Positions 10,762 to 21,772 of a stretch of 64,000 bases of DNA are shown piece by piece. The position numbers and the translations under genes were made by a program. The DNA lies in NCBI GenBank assembly GCA_963705305.1, contig OY970067.1, positions 4,672,001-4,736,000 on the forward strand, read 5' to 3'. Source of the stretch: an uncultured Methylomirabilota bacterium. Its GTDB lineage: Bacteria > Methylomirabilota > Methylomirabilia > Methylomirabilales > 2-02-FULL-66-22. The notes under the pieces were generated by a model that made no database searches, had not been told where the DNA came from, and was given only the letters and a program-made list of their open reading frames with translations. Positions within the stretch are counted from its first letter, which is position 1; the number at the start of each line of letters is the position of its first letter.

Positions 10762-11712
10762 TCAACGACGCTTTCTCTTGGAGATGGATCGGCCCCGGAC
10801 GGACGCTGTCTTCCGCGGGGCAGTCGGACGCCCGACGGATCGCTTCGGGAGGATCCGGGCCACTGCCTGACCCATATCCGCCGGACTTTTCACGACGGTG
10901 ATGCCAGCCTTCCGCAGGGCCGCCATCTTCTCCGCGGCGGTTCCGGTGCCTCCCGAGATGATCGCCCCAGCATGCCCCATCCGCCGACCGGGAGGCGCGG
11001 TCTGCCCGCAGATGAAGCCGACGACGGGCTTGCTGACGTGCCCTCGAACAAAGGCCGCGGCCTCTTCCTCTGCGGTGCCGCCGATCTCACCGATCATCAG
11101 GATCGCGTCCGTTTCCGCATCAGCCTCGAAAAGCTCCAGGGCATCCACGAAGCTCGTGCCGATGATGGGATCCCCCCCGATGCCAATGCAGGTCGACTGT
11201 CCGATCGCTCGGATGGTCAGCTGTCCCACTGCCTCATAGGTCAGCGTGCCGCTCCGCGAGATGACCCCGACCCTCCCTGGGAGATGGATGTGACCCGGCA
11301 TGATGCCGACCTTGGCTTTTCCGGGCGAGATGATCCCGGGGCAGTTGGGGCCGATGAGCCGTGTCTGGCGGCCCTGCAGGGCCCGCCGCACCCGAACCAT
11401 GTCGAGGGTGGGAACGCCCTCGGTGATGCAGACGACGACCTGAATGCCCGCATCCGCCGCCTCCAGAATGGCGTCGGCGGCCTGCGCGGGCGGCACGAAG
11501 ATCAGAGAGGTATTGGCCCCTTCCTGGGTCACGGCCTGCGTCACGGAATCGAAGACCGGGATGCCTTCGTGCAGGATGCCCCCCTTTCCCGGGGTCACTC
11601 CGGCCACAAACCGCGTCCCGTATTCCCGGCACGCCAGGGCATGAAACGTGCCCTCGCGCCCGGTGAGACCCTGAACCACCACCCGGCTGTGCCTGTCTAC
11701 CAGGATGCTCAT
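10762..11712 (-). CDS. sucD: Succinyl-CoA synthetase alpha subunit
   Basis: [29 protein letters not shown] and RMGHAGA motifs; extra basic C-terminal tail. Confidence 0.97.
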   Translation of the reverse strand: MSILVDRHSRVVVQGLTGREGTFHALACREYGTRFVAGVTPGKGGILHEGIPVFDSVTQAVTQEGANTSLIFVPPAQAADAILEAADAGIQVVVCITEGVPTLDMVRVRRALQGRQTRLIGPNCPGIISPGKAKVGIMPGHIHLPGRVGVISRSGTLTYEAVGQLTIRAIGQSTCIGIGGDPIIGTSFVDALELFEADAETDAILMIGEIGGTAEEEAAAFVRGHVSKPVVGFICGQTAPPGRRMGHAGAIISGGTGTAAEKMAALRKAGITVVKSPADMGQAVARILPKRSVGRPTAPRKTASVRGRSISKRKRR

Positions 11713-11742
11713 GGGGACTCCTTCCCGGCGCGGGTCCGCGTC

Positions 11743-12906
11743 TCAGGCCGCGCGCGCGGCCCGGACGGCCTTCCTGGCCCCATCCTTCATGTCGCGCGCC
11801 GGAATGAAGTTCAATCCGGATTCGGCCAGCATGCGCTGGCCAAGCTCCACGTTGGTTCCCTCCATCCTGATCACGATCGGCAGGCCGACGCCGAGCGACT
11901 TGACTGCCCGGATGACTCCTTCCGCCAGCCGGTCGCAGCGGAGGATGCCGCCAAAGATATTGATCAGGACCGCCCGGACATTCGGATCGGAGATCAGGAT
12001 GCGAAAGGCGTTCTCGATCTGCTCGGCGCTGGCGCCGCCGCCCACGTCGAGGAAATTCGCCGGCTGGCCCCCCGCCAGCTTGATGATGTCCATGGTGGCC
12101 ATGGCCAGACCGGCGCCATTCACCATGCATCCCACGTTGCCATCCAGCTTGATGTAGTTCAGGTTGAAGCGCGAGGCATCCACCTCCAGCGGGGACTCCT
12201 CGGCGGGATCGCGCAAGGCCTGCACCTCGGGATGGCGGGCAAGCGCATTGTCGTCAAAGTTCATCTTGGCATCCAGGGCCAAAAGGCGGCCGTCCTCCGT
12301 CACCACCAAGGGGTTGATCTCGGCCAGCGAGGCATCCTTGGCCTCGAAGGCCCGGTAGAGCCGGCGGACAAAATCGCCGAATCCCTTCAGCAGTTCCCCT
12401 TTGAGCCCCAAGCCGAACCCCAACTTCCGCGGGTGAAAGCCGGTGACGCCCGTCGCGGGATCCACGTGCACCTTCACGATGGCCTCCGGACGGGTCCGCG
12501 CCACCTCTTCGATGTCCATCCCGCCGGCGCTCGAGGCCATGATGACGGGCAGGCCGGCCCTGCGGTCGATCACGATTCCCAGATAGAGCTCCCGGCTGAT
12601 GGCCATCCCCTCTTCCACCAGCACGCGTGTGACCCGCTGCCCTTCCGGCCCGGTCTGGTGGGTGCGGAGCATCATGCCCAGGATCTGCGAGGCCGCCTGC
12701 TCGGCTTCCTCCGGACTCTTGGCGACCTTGATGCCGCCCCCCTTGCCCCGTCCGCCGGCGTGGATCTGCGCCTTCACCGCAACCGTCCCGCCCAGCTCCC
12801 GAGCGATGGCGCCGGCGTCGGTCGCCGTCCCGGCCACCCGTCCCCGCGGCACCGGAACCCCGAACTCCGCCAGGATGGCCTTGGCCTGATACTCATGGAT
12901 CTTCAT
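11743..12906 (-). CDS. sucC: Succinyl-CoA synthetase beta subunit
   Basis: MKIHEYQAK, KAQIHAGGRGKGGG, EINPL, NGAGLAMATMD and NFLDVGGG motifs. Confidence 0.97.
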   Translation of the reverse strand: MKIHEYQAKAILAEFGVPVPRGRVAGTATDAGAIARELGGTVAVKAQIHAGGRGKGGGIKVAKSPEEAEQAASQILGMMLRTHQTGPEGQRVTRVLVEEGMAISRELYLGIVIDRRAGLPVIMASSAGGMDIEEVARTRPEAIVKVHVDPATGVTGFHPRKLGFGLGLKGELLKGFGDFVRRLYRAFEAKDASLAEINPLVVTEDGRLLALDAKMNFDDNALARHPEVQALRDPAEESPLEVDASRFNLNYIKLDGNVGCMVNGAGLAMATMDIIKLAGGQPANFLDVGGGASAEQIENAFRILISDPNVRAVLINIFGGILRCDRLAEGVIRAVKSLGVGLPIVIRMEGTNVELGQRMLAESGLNFIPARDMKDGARKAVRAARAA

Positions 12907-13009
12907 AGTCGCTCCGCAATGGTCCCGCCCACCGTGCAGCCCGCCGGCCACAGCCGGCCGGCGCCGCGCTTCGCCCGGGAACGGGATCCGCTGGTCCGCC
13001 TGCTCCTGA

Positions 13010-13315
13010 CTAGGAAGGCCGCCTGGACCGGAGAGGAGGCGCGCTGCAGGGCTTGACGGCGGCCTTGGCCTCCGCCTCCCGCAGGGTGTCTTCCAGGGTT
13101 TGTTTTTCCTGAAGCAACTGCCCTACCTGCTGCTTCAGCGCATCCACATCGGCCTTGAGACCGGTCACCTGTCCTCTCAGACTGACATTCTCCTGCTGAA
13201 GACTTGCCACCAGGGCCTGGAGCTGGCGGTTCTCCTCCTTGATCGCCTGACCGCAACCGGCCAGGAGGATGGCCAGCAGCGCCACGAGGCCGACGGATCC
13301 GTACCTCAGTCGCAT
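13010..13315 (-). CDS. Putative small coiled-coil lipoprotein
   Basis: Signal peptide with LAGC lipobox, then a Leu heptad repeat of about 60 aa; co-oriented between mdh and sucC. Confidence 0.7.
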   Translation of the reverse strand: MRLRYGSVGLVALLAILLAGCGQAIKEENRQLQALVASLQQENVSLRGQVTGLKADVDALKQQVGQLLQEKQTLEDTLREAEAKAAVKPCSAPPLRSRRPS

Positions 13316-13416
13316 TCCCCTTCACCTTCCCGTCGGCGAGTCTTCAGCCCGTGAGAATTCCCCCCACGGCCGCCGCCGGCATCTGCGCCTCCCGACGCCG
13401 CGTGCAGCACCGCCGG

Positions 13417-15631
<2,215 letters not shown>

Positions 15632-15919
15632 GCCTACCCCCCTGTCGGTTCCGGAGCGGTTCGCGAATCGCCCAACGTCCTCGGGACCCGTGAATCCCCC
15701 CATGTCCGGCGGGAACCCGCCCAAGGCTGGCGGGAGACCAGTACTGGCCTGTCCGGGATGGGGATGCGATCGGCGGCCGTTCTCGGCGGCCGCGAGTCGT
15801 CCGTCGCAGACCCGCCGGAGTCGGCCTGCGCGATTCTGGTAACACAGGGGTGGAGGGGTGTCAAGGAAGAATCCCCGCCTCCCCCCTCCGCGGACGCACA
15901 GCGGCCCTCGCGCCGCAAA

Positions 15920-17563
15920 TCACGATCCGCCCAGGATCCGGTCGGCCACCTGCATCGCCCCTTCCGCGATGGCGGACAGCAGCCGGCCTGGCCCCCACCA
16001 CTCCCCCACGGTCAACAGGCCGCGTGGTGCACAGGCCGGCGGTGCCCCCGCTCGCCTCCCCAGCCATTCCGGCACAGTCCCGGCATATCGCACCGCCGCC
16101 GTGGGGCGCCCCCACAGCTCGGCCAGGCGCCCGGGGTCGAGCGTGCGCGGGAAGCCGGCCGATTGTTCGATCCCGGGGATGATCTGGTCGACGGCCGCCA
16201 GCAGCGCTCCGCCCCCCCGAGCCGCCGGTCCCCCGGAAGACGCCGGCACATAGCGCCCCGCGCTGAGACAGATGGAGTCGGCCGGGAACCCCTCCTCTGG
16301 GGCCTGAGCGACATGGACGAAGACCAGGTTTTCCTCCCGCGCCGGCCGGTCCGGATCGGGGACCACCACGCAATGGGCGCGGAGCTCGGAGGGGCAAAGG
16401 GACGCCGGGAAGACGGCGGCCACTCCTTCTGCCACGTGGGTGACCTGCCGGGCGCTGTCACCCCCTCGAGGACGTCGGAGCCATCGGGCCGTTGGCGGGA
16501 GCAGCCACTCCGCCAGCACGGCGGGGGGCACATCCGAGACGACCCAGCGGGCCTGAACGGTCTCCTGCTGAGCGGTCACCACCCCGAGGACCCGTCCCCG
16601 CCTCACCAGGCATCCGGCGATTTCGGCTCCCAGCCGAAGCTGGCCCCCGTCCCGCTCGAACTGCCGCAGCAGCGAGTCCATCAGCGTCTCCACGCCTCCG
16701 CGAATGGTGGCCCCGCGGCGACGCACATCCTCCAGCGCGACGGCGGCTTCCAGGGTCGAACACTCCTCGGTCGTTCGAAGCAGGAGATACCAGAGGACCG
16801 CTTCCAGCACCTGCCGGCTTGCCGGACCCAGTGCGATCTCGTCGAGGGTCGCGCGGAAGGGGGTCGCCATGGCCCGCCCCACCATTCTCCACGCCGAGGC
16901 CTGCGCCCCCACCATTTTTCCCAGCCGCGACCGCAGCCACCACCGCAGGCGCGTCGGCCACTGCTCGGGGGGCAGCGATGGAGCAACGCCGAGGATCCGC
17001 TCGCGGCTCGCCAGCTGCTCGTCCAGCCTGGCCAGCAAGGCTCGCCAACCGGCCTCATCTTCCGGGAACTCCCGCCGGATCTCCCGCCACCATCGGTCCG
17101 AATCCTGCCAAAAGCTGATCCGGTGACGCCGCAGGGCGACCTGGAGGGCGGGCTCCGTTTCCACCGTGGGGAGCGCGAGCCCCAGCCGCTGGCAGAGGAG
17201 GGTCGCCGGGCCGCTCGGCCCCAGGCCCGTCAGAAAGCTGGTCCCGGGCTCAAACCGGCATCCATCCAGCGACAGGACCCGGCTGGCGCCGCCCGCCTCG
17301 GGAGATCGGTCGAAGACGACCACGGACCGGCCCGCGCGGGCCAGGAGACAGGCAGCCATGATGCCGCCCATTCCGGCACCCACGACCGCAACGTCCCACT
17401 CCGAAGGCGTGAGCGATCCGGGGCCCGGGGAGACGGGCAGCGCGCCGGCGTCCGGCGCGGGAGCTGCGGACACTCCACCGGCCGGCATCCCGTGGGCGCC
17501 GGGTGGCGGGGGGGAAGAAGGGGAGCTCTTCCGCTTATGGCGAGATCGCTTCGCGGCAGTCAC
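15920..17563 (-). CDS. FAD-dependent oxidoreductase, phytoene desaturase (CrtI)-like
   Basis: DVAVVGAGMGG Rossmann motif, GG after D/E, F(E)PG, GG...L and C-terminal GL..VGE...PG; divergent. Confidence 0.7.
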   Translation of the reverse strand: MTAAKRSRHKRKSSPSSPPPPGAHGMPAGGVSAAPAPDAGALPVSPGPGSLTPSEWDVAVVGAGMGGIMAACLLARAGRSVVVFDRSPEAGGASRVLSLDGCRFEPGTSFLTGLGPSGPATLLCQRLGLALPTVETEPALQVALRRHRISFWQDSDRWWREIRREFPEDEAGWRALLARLDEQLASRERILGVAPSLPPEQWPTRLRWWLRSRLGKMVGAQASAWRMVGRAMATPFRATLDEIALGPASRQVLEAVLWYLLLRTTEECSTLEAAVALEDVRRRGATIRGGVETLMDSLLRQFERDGGQLRLGAEIAGCLVRRGRVLGVVTAQQETVQARWVVSDVPPAVLAEWLLPPTARWLRRPRGGDSARQVTHVAEGVAAVFPASLCPSELRAHCVVVPDPDRPAREENLVFVHVAQAPEEGFPADSICLSAGRYVPASSGGPAARGGGALLAAVDQIIPGIEQSAGFPRTLDPGRLAELWGRPTAAVRYAGTVPEWLGRRAGAPPACAPRGLLTVGEWWGPGRLLSAIAEGAMQVADRILGGS

Positions 17564-17580
17564 AATAGTCGTCTGGGGGC

Positions 17581-18899
17581 TCAGCCCCGGCCGCGGACCG
17601 ATAGCCGGATCGGGGTTCCGCGGAATCCATAGGCCTCACGGAGACAGTTTTCCAAATACCGCATGTAGGAGAAGTGCAGCCTCGCCGATGCGGTAGTAAA
17701 GCACAGGAAGGTGGGCGGCCGGACCCCCACCTGCGTGGCGTAGCGCACACGAACCGGGCGCCCCCGCTCCGCCGGAGGCGGCCGCCGCGAGACCGCCGCC
17801 TGGATGGTGGCGTTCAGCTCGGGCGTCGGTATCCTCCGCTCCCGTTCCGCCGCCGCCGCATCGATCATGCGAAACAGAGAACGTCACGCGAAGGCCCGTC
17901 AATGCCGAAATGAATGCCACCGGCGCGTAGTCAAGATATTTGAATCGCTCTTGCATATCAAGGCGGAACTTCTCCATGGCGTCCGGCTCGCGGGTCCGAC
18001 GGTCCCATTTGTTCACGGCCAGGATGCAGGCGCACCCGGCCTCGTGCGTTTCGCCGGCAATCTTCGTATCCTGCGCCGTCACGCCCTCGATCCCATCCAG
18101 GAGGATCACCGACACGTCCGCCCGCCGCACGGCCGCCAGGGCGCGCGAGACGCTGTAGCGCTCCACCGAGCGTCCCAGAACGTCCCTTGGCGCGGATGCC
18201 GGCCGTGTCCACCAGCACATACTCCCGGCCGCCGAGGCTGAACCGGGTGTCCACCGCGTCGCGCGTCGTTCCCGGCTCAGGACTCACCACGACCCGGTCG
18301 GTCCCCAGGATGCGATTCACCAGGGAGGACTTCCCGACGTTGGGCCGGCCGACCACGGCGACCGTCACGGGCCGGCCCTCGTCCGCCGCGGCCGCGGCCG
18401 CCGGGAAGAGGGCCGCCACGACATCCAGGAGCTCCCCGATGCCCCGGCCCTGCTCTGCGGAGATCGGGTAGGTGGCGTCGAATCCGAGGCGGGCGAACTC
18501 CGCCGCCAGCGGCTCCTGGCCCAAAGCATCCACCTTGTTCACCACCAGGAAGATGGGCCGCGGGGTCCCCCGTCGCAGCAGACGGGCGACCTCGATGTCC
18601 GTGGGGGTCAGGCCGTCTTTCGCGTCCACCAGCAGGATGATGGCGTCCGCCTCGGCCACCGCCTGCTCGGCCTGGGCGCGGATCTGGACCGCGATCCCCG
18701 AGCCGGCGGGCTCGAAGCCGCCCGTGTCCACCACGGTGAATTGCTGCCCCCGCCAGTCGAATGCACCGTAGAGGCGATCCCTGGTTACGCCAGGCTGGTC
18801 GTCCACGATCGCGCGCCGCCCCCGGAGCAGGCGATTGAAGAGGGTGGATTTCCCGACATTGGGCCGGCCCACGATGGCAAGAACCGGTGGCTGCGGCAC
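17581..18899 (-). pseudogene. der: Ribosome biogenesis GTPase Der (EngA), split over three frames by two apparent +1 insertions (possibly sequence errors)
   Basis: Two GRPNVGKS/DTxG/NKxD G-domains plus the KH-like tail (YATQV..PPTF..YMRYLEN.LRE..GF.GTPI) lie in ORFs 17958-18899, 17636-18220 and 17581-17868; removing one base near 18180 and one near 17880 gives a continuous 438-aa protein. Confidence 0.9.
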
Positions 18900-18974
18900 G
18901 TACTCGTCCCTCCGGCCAGACGTGTCCCCAGGAGCCGATGCGGTACCAACCAGCCGACTCTCGGCTCTCCTCGG

Positions 18975-19406
18975 CTAGGGCTTCGCGGCCTTGGCGCGTC
19001 GCGAGGCGCGCCGGGCCACGCGGATCCCCACCTTCACACCGTGCCGCAATGCTTTGGCCTCGATGGTTGCGCGCTTGGCGACGGCCCGCCCCCTCGCCAT
19101 CGCCGACGGCGCCAGGCCGTCCGGCCCCTGCAGGCGCTCCTTCAGCCGGCCCAGGATGTTCCCGCCGTATTCCGCTGCGCGGCCGAGCCCCTCCAGGGCG
19201 ACCCGGGCCGCCGCCTGAACCGCCTCCACCTCGTGCTCCATCTCTTCCAGCACGCGCTTCAGTCCGGCCTGGACTTCCCCGCTGGCGCGATCGACCCTCC
19301 CGCGGAGAAGCAGGAGCTCCCCCTCCAGGCGGAGAAGGTGCCCCTCGTACTCCCGCAGCCTCCCCATCATCTGCCGTCGGAATCCGCGCGTTTCTGAGGT
19401 CGTCAT
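18975..19406 (-). CDS. Hypothetical helical/coiled-coil protein with basic C-terminus
   Basis: AGAGGAGG RBS before ATG 19406; co-oriented upstream of der; no recognisable motif. Confidence 0.6.
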   Translation of the reverse strand: MTTSETRGFRRQMMGRLREYEGHLLRLEGELLLLRGRVDRASGEVQAGLKRVLEEMEHEVEAVQAAARVALEGLGRAAEYGGNILGRLKERLQGPDGLAPSAMARGRAVAKRATIEAKALRHGVKVGIRVARRASRRAKAAKP

Positions 19407-19722
19407 GGCTCCTCCTCTTCCCCTTGCCGCCGTCTGGGGCAGCGCCGGGGTCGGATGCATCCGCTTTCCGGTGCGTTCATCGACGATCAGCCAATGATGA
19501 CAACGGATCGGGCCGGCCCGCCACCCCCGCGCCGCGACCCGCCTCTCACACCACCCGGCGGGGCCGCCTCGCGGAGGTGCCTAACGTAATATTCCGCATG
19601 TGGCCGGGCCCCTGTCAAGGAGTTTTCCCTTGATGTGCCCAGGAGGAACGTGGCGGCAGGGCTCGCGCGCCGCCCGCCCGGGCTCCGTCGCCAGTCCCCC
19701 GTCCCGGCACGTCCCGATAGGC

Positions 19723-19752
19723 TTGACGCTCCCGCACCGCGGGTGCTAGCCT
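19723..19752 (+). promoter_or_regulatory. Putative sigma70 promoter of ybaK-ECF sigma
   Basis: TTGACG-18 nt-TAGCCT with TGn extended -10, 9 nt before the ybaK ATG. Confidence 0.55.
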
Positions 19753-19761
19753 GCAACCAGC

Positions 19762-20253
19762 ATGAAGACGCGCGCCATGCAGATCCTGGATCGTGCCGGC
19801 CTTCGATACGAGGTCCGGGAATTCCAGGAAGAGGAGCTCGGGGCGGAAGAGGTTGCCCAGAAGCTCCAGCTCCCCCTGGCTCGAGTCTGCAAAACCCTGG
19901 TTGTTCAGGGGGACCGCACGGGCGTGCTCCTGGCCTGCCTGCCCGGCAGCCGAACGCTGTCCCTGAAAGCCCTGGCCGCAGCGTCCGGCAACAAACAGGT
20001 GGCATTGGTGGACCGGGCGGACATTCATCGCCTCACCGGCTACATCCGGGGGGGCGTCTCCCCCCTGGGAGGCAAGCGGACGTACCCGGTCTTCCTGGAT
20101 CAGCGGGCATTGGCCGAACCCCTGGTGAGCATCAGCGCAGGCATGCGCGGCATGCAGATCTTGCTGGCACCGAAAGACTTGGTGCTGGCCGCGTCCGCGA
20201 CGGTGGCGAATATCGGGCAGAACCGTGCCGCTGCCGACGGTGAGAATCGCTGA
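19762..20253 (+). CDS. ybaK: Cys-tRNA(Pro) deacylase YbaK/EbsC
   Basis: KTLVV, TGYIRGGVSPLG and ISAG.RG motifs. Confidence 0.92.
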   Translation: MKTRAMQILDRAGLRYEVREFQEEELGAEEVAQKLQLPLARVCKTLVVQGDRTGVLLACLPGSRTLSLKALAAASGNKQVALVDRADIHRLTGYIRGGVSPLGGKRTYPVFLDQRALAEPLVSISAGMRGMQILLAPKDLVLAASATVANIGQNRAAADGENR

Positions 20254-20289
20254 ATGCGCCGGCCGCGGATCGGCTGACGAGGGCGACCC

Positions 20290-20889
20290 GTGGGAGACGA
20301 GCGAAGCCTGATCGAGGCGTCGAAGCGGGGGGACACCGACGCCCTGGAAGAACTGGCTCGGACGCACCAGGGGCGCGTGTACGCCTTCGCCATGCGCATG
20401 TGCCGCAATGTTGAGGACGCGAAAGACATTTTGCAGGAGACGTTCTTGGGAATGGTTCGGTCTGTCCGCGACTTCCGGGAAGAGAGCAAATTCACCACCT
20501 GGCTGTACCGGATCGCCGCGAATGCCTGCATGAAGAAGCGGCGACGGGGCGTGTTCGAGCCCGAGCCGGATCAGGAGCTGTCCCTGGACGACCTGATGCC
20601 GTGCCCCGGCCAGGATGGGCGAAAGCCGGAGATCCCGGACTGGTCCGAGGATGCCGAGCAGGCCCTCTTGCGGGGAGAGCTGTCCGACCGGGTGGAGGCG
20701 GCCATCGATCGTTTGCCCCACGAGTACAAGATCGTGCTGGTCCTGCGGGACGTGGAGGGCTTCTCGGCGCAGGAGACGGCGGAAATGCTGAACCTTTCGG
20801 TCCCGGCGGTGAAATCCCGCTTGCACCGCGCCCGCGTCTTCGTCCGCCGGGAGCTGGAGGGGTATTTCCGCGATCGGAAAGAGACCTAA
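20290..20889 (+). CDS. ECF sigma-70 factor
   Basis: Region 2 DAKDILQETFL..F.TWLYRIA.N; region 4 LRDVEGFS..ETAEML...VKSRLHRAR. Confidence 0.93.
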   Translation: MGDERSLIEASKRGDTDALEELARTHQGRVYAFAMRMCRNVEDAKDILQETFLGMVRSVRDFREESKFTTWLYRIAANACMKKRRRGVFEPEPDQELSLDDLMPCPGQDGRKPEIPDWSEDAEQALLRGELSDRVEAAIDRLPHEYKIVLVLRDVEGFSAQETAEMLNLSVPAVKSRLHRARVFVRRELEGYFRDRKET

Positions 20890-21199
20890 CGGGCTGCTGA
20901 AAAAGGCCCACCTGCCGAGTACCCATCTGATGGGTGCCCATCCTTCGGATGGGTACCCCGCCCGCTCGGGTACTCGTTGCGGCGCACAGGAAGTACGCCT
21001 TGACCCGCCTGTGGCGGGTGCCCCGCCCCGGGTACCCATCCCGCAGGATGGGTGACGCCGCCTTGCCGTTCGACAGGCCCTTCGACAAGCTCAGGGCGGT
21101 GAGCACAGTCGAACCGCTCACGGTCCCGAGCGAAGTCGAGGGACATCTGGACCTTTTTGAGCAGCCTGGGCGAAAACGGGCTCTTCAACATCCTCCTAA
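20890..21199. repeat. Non-autonomous MITE/REP-like palindromic element, copy A
   Basis: Imperfect terminal inverted repeats GGCTGCTGAAAAAGGCCCA ... TGGACCTTTTTGAGCAGCC (to 21168) plus a short degenerate tail; 21056-21169 is the exact reverse complement of 59185-59298. Confidence 0.9.
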
Positions 21200-21329
21200 C
21201 CGGAGACGCCGGCTGCTCGGCTTTGCGGATATTTGATTGCGGCGGTGAATCCATCCGGCGCATTCTGGATCGAAGAGAATATTGGACAAGCCCGTGCACC
21301 CCAAATCCAGCCGGGGCCCGGAAGGGACC

Positions 21330-21572
21330 ATGACCTGCCGGGAGCTGTTCGAGCGTCTCTCCGAATACTTGGACGGAGAGTTGTCCCAGGATCTCTGTCA
21401 AGAGATCCGGCGCCACCTGGATGGATGCGACCCATGCGTCAACTTTGTCCAGACCCTTCGCACGACCGCGGACCTGTGCCGGCGGCTACCATCCCGCCAG
21501 ATCCCCCCCGAAGTGGCGGCAGACCTGCGAGCCTTCCTCCGAGCCCACGTGCACCCATCGAATAAGGGTTGA
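21330..21572 (+). CDS. Zinc-binding anti-sigma factor (ZAS, zf-HC2)
   Basis: MTC...LSEYLDGEL and HLDGCDPC (HxxxCxxC); soluble; downstream of the ECF sigma; GAAGGGA RBS. Confidence 0.9.
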   Translation: MTCRELFERLSEYLDGELSQDLCQEIRRHLDGCDPCVNFVQTLRTTADLCRRLPSRQIPPEVAADLRAFLRAHVHPSNKG

Positions 21573-21772
21573 AAGCATCTTCTTTCTTCCGCGAGCCCGC
21601 CGGCTTTTCCACCCCACCCCTTGCGCCTCCCTGGTCCGGCCTCCTAATATGGAGTCCCTACGTCGACCTCGTCCGAAGTCAACACTCTGACCCAATTTTC
21701 TGAATCGTTTTTGGCCTTCCTGGATCGTACGAGAGAGTACAGCGGACCTCGTCTCAGGACGCGGAGGGTGCG

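Noticed and set aside
19588..19618. TTGACA on the minus strand upstream of the 18975-19406 ORF and der
   Set aside because: No acceptable -10 box at 16-18 nt, so not called as a promoter
20890..21199. Possible CRISPR array or autonomous IS
   Set aside because: No regular repeat-spacer periodicity, no cas genes and no transposase ORF
20886..21416. ORFs crossing the repeat copies (20886-21416, 20934-21236, 59142-59345, 59178-59405) with shared peptides such as PFDKLR
   Set aside because: The shared peptides are translations of the DNA repeat; no RBS or domain support
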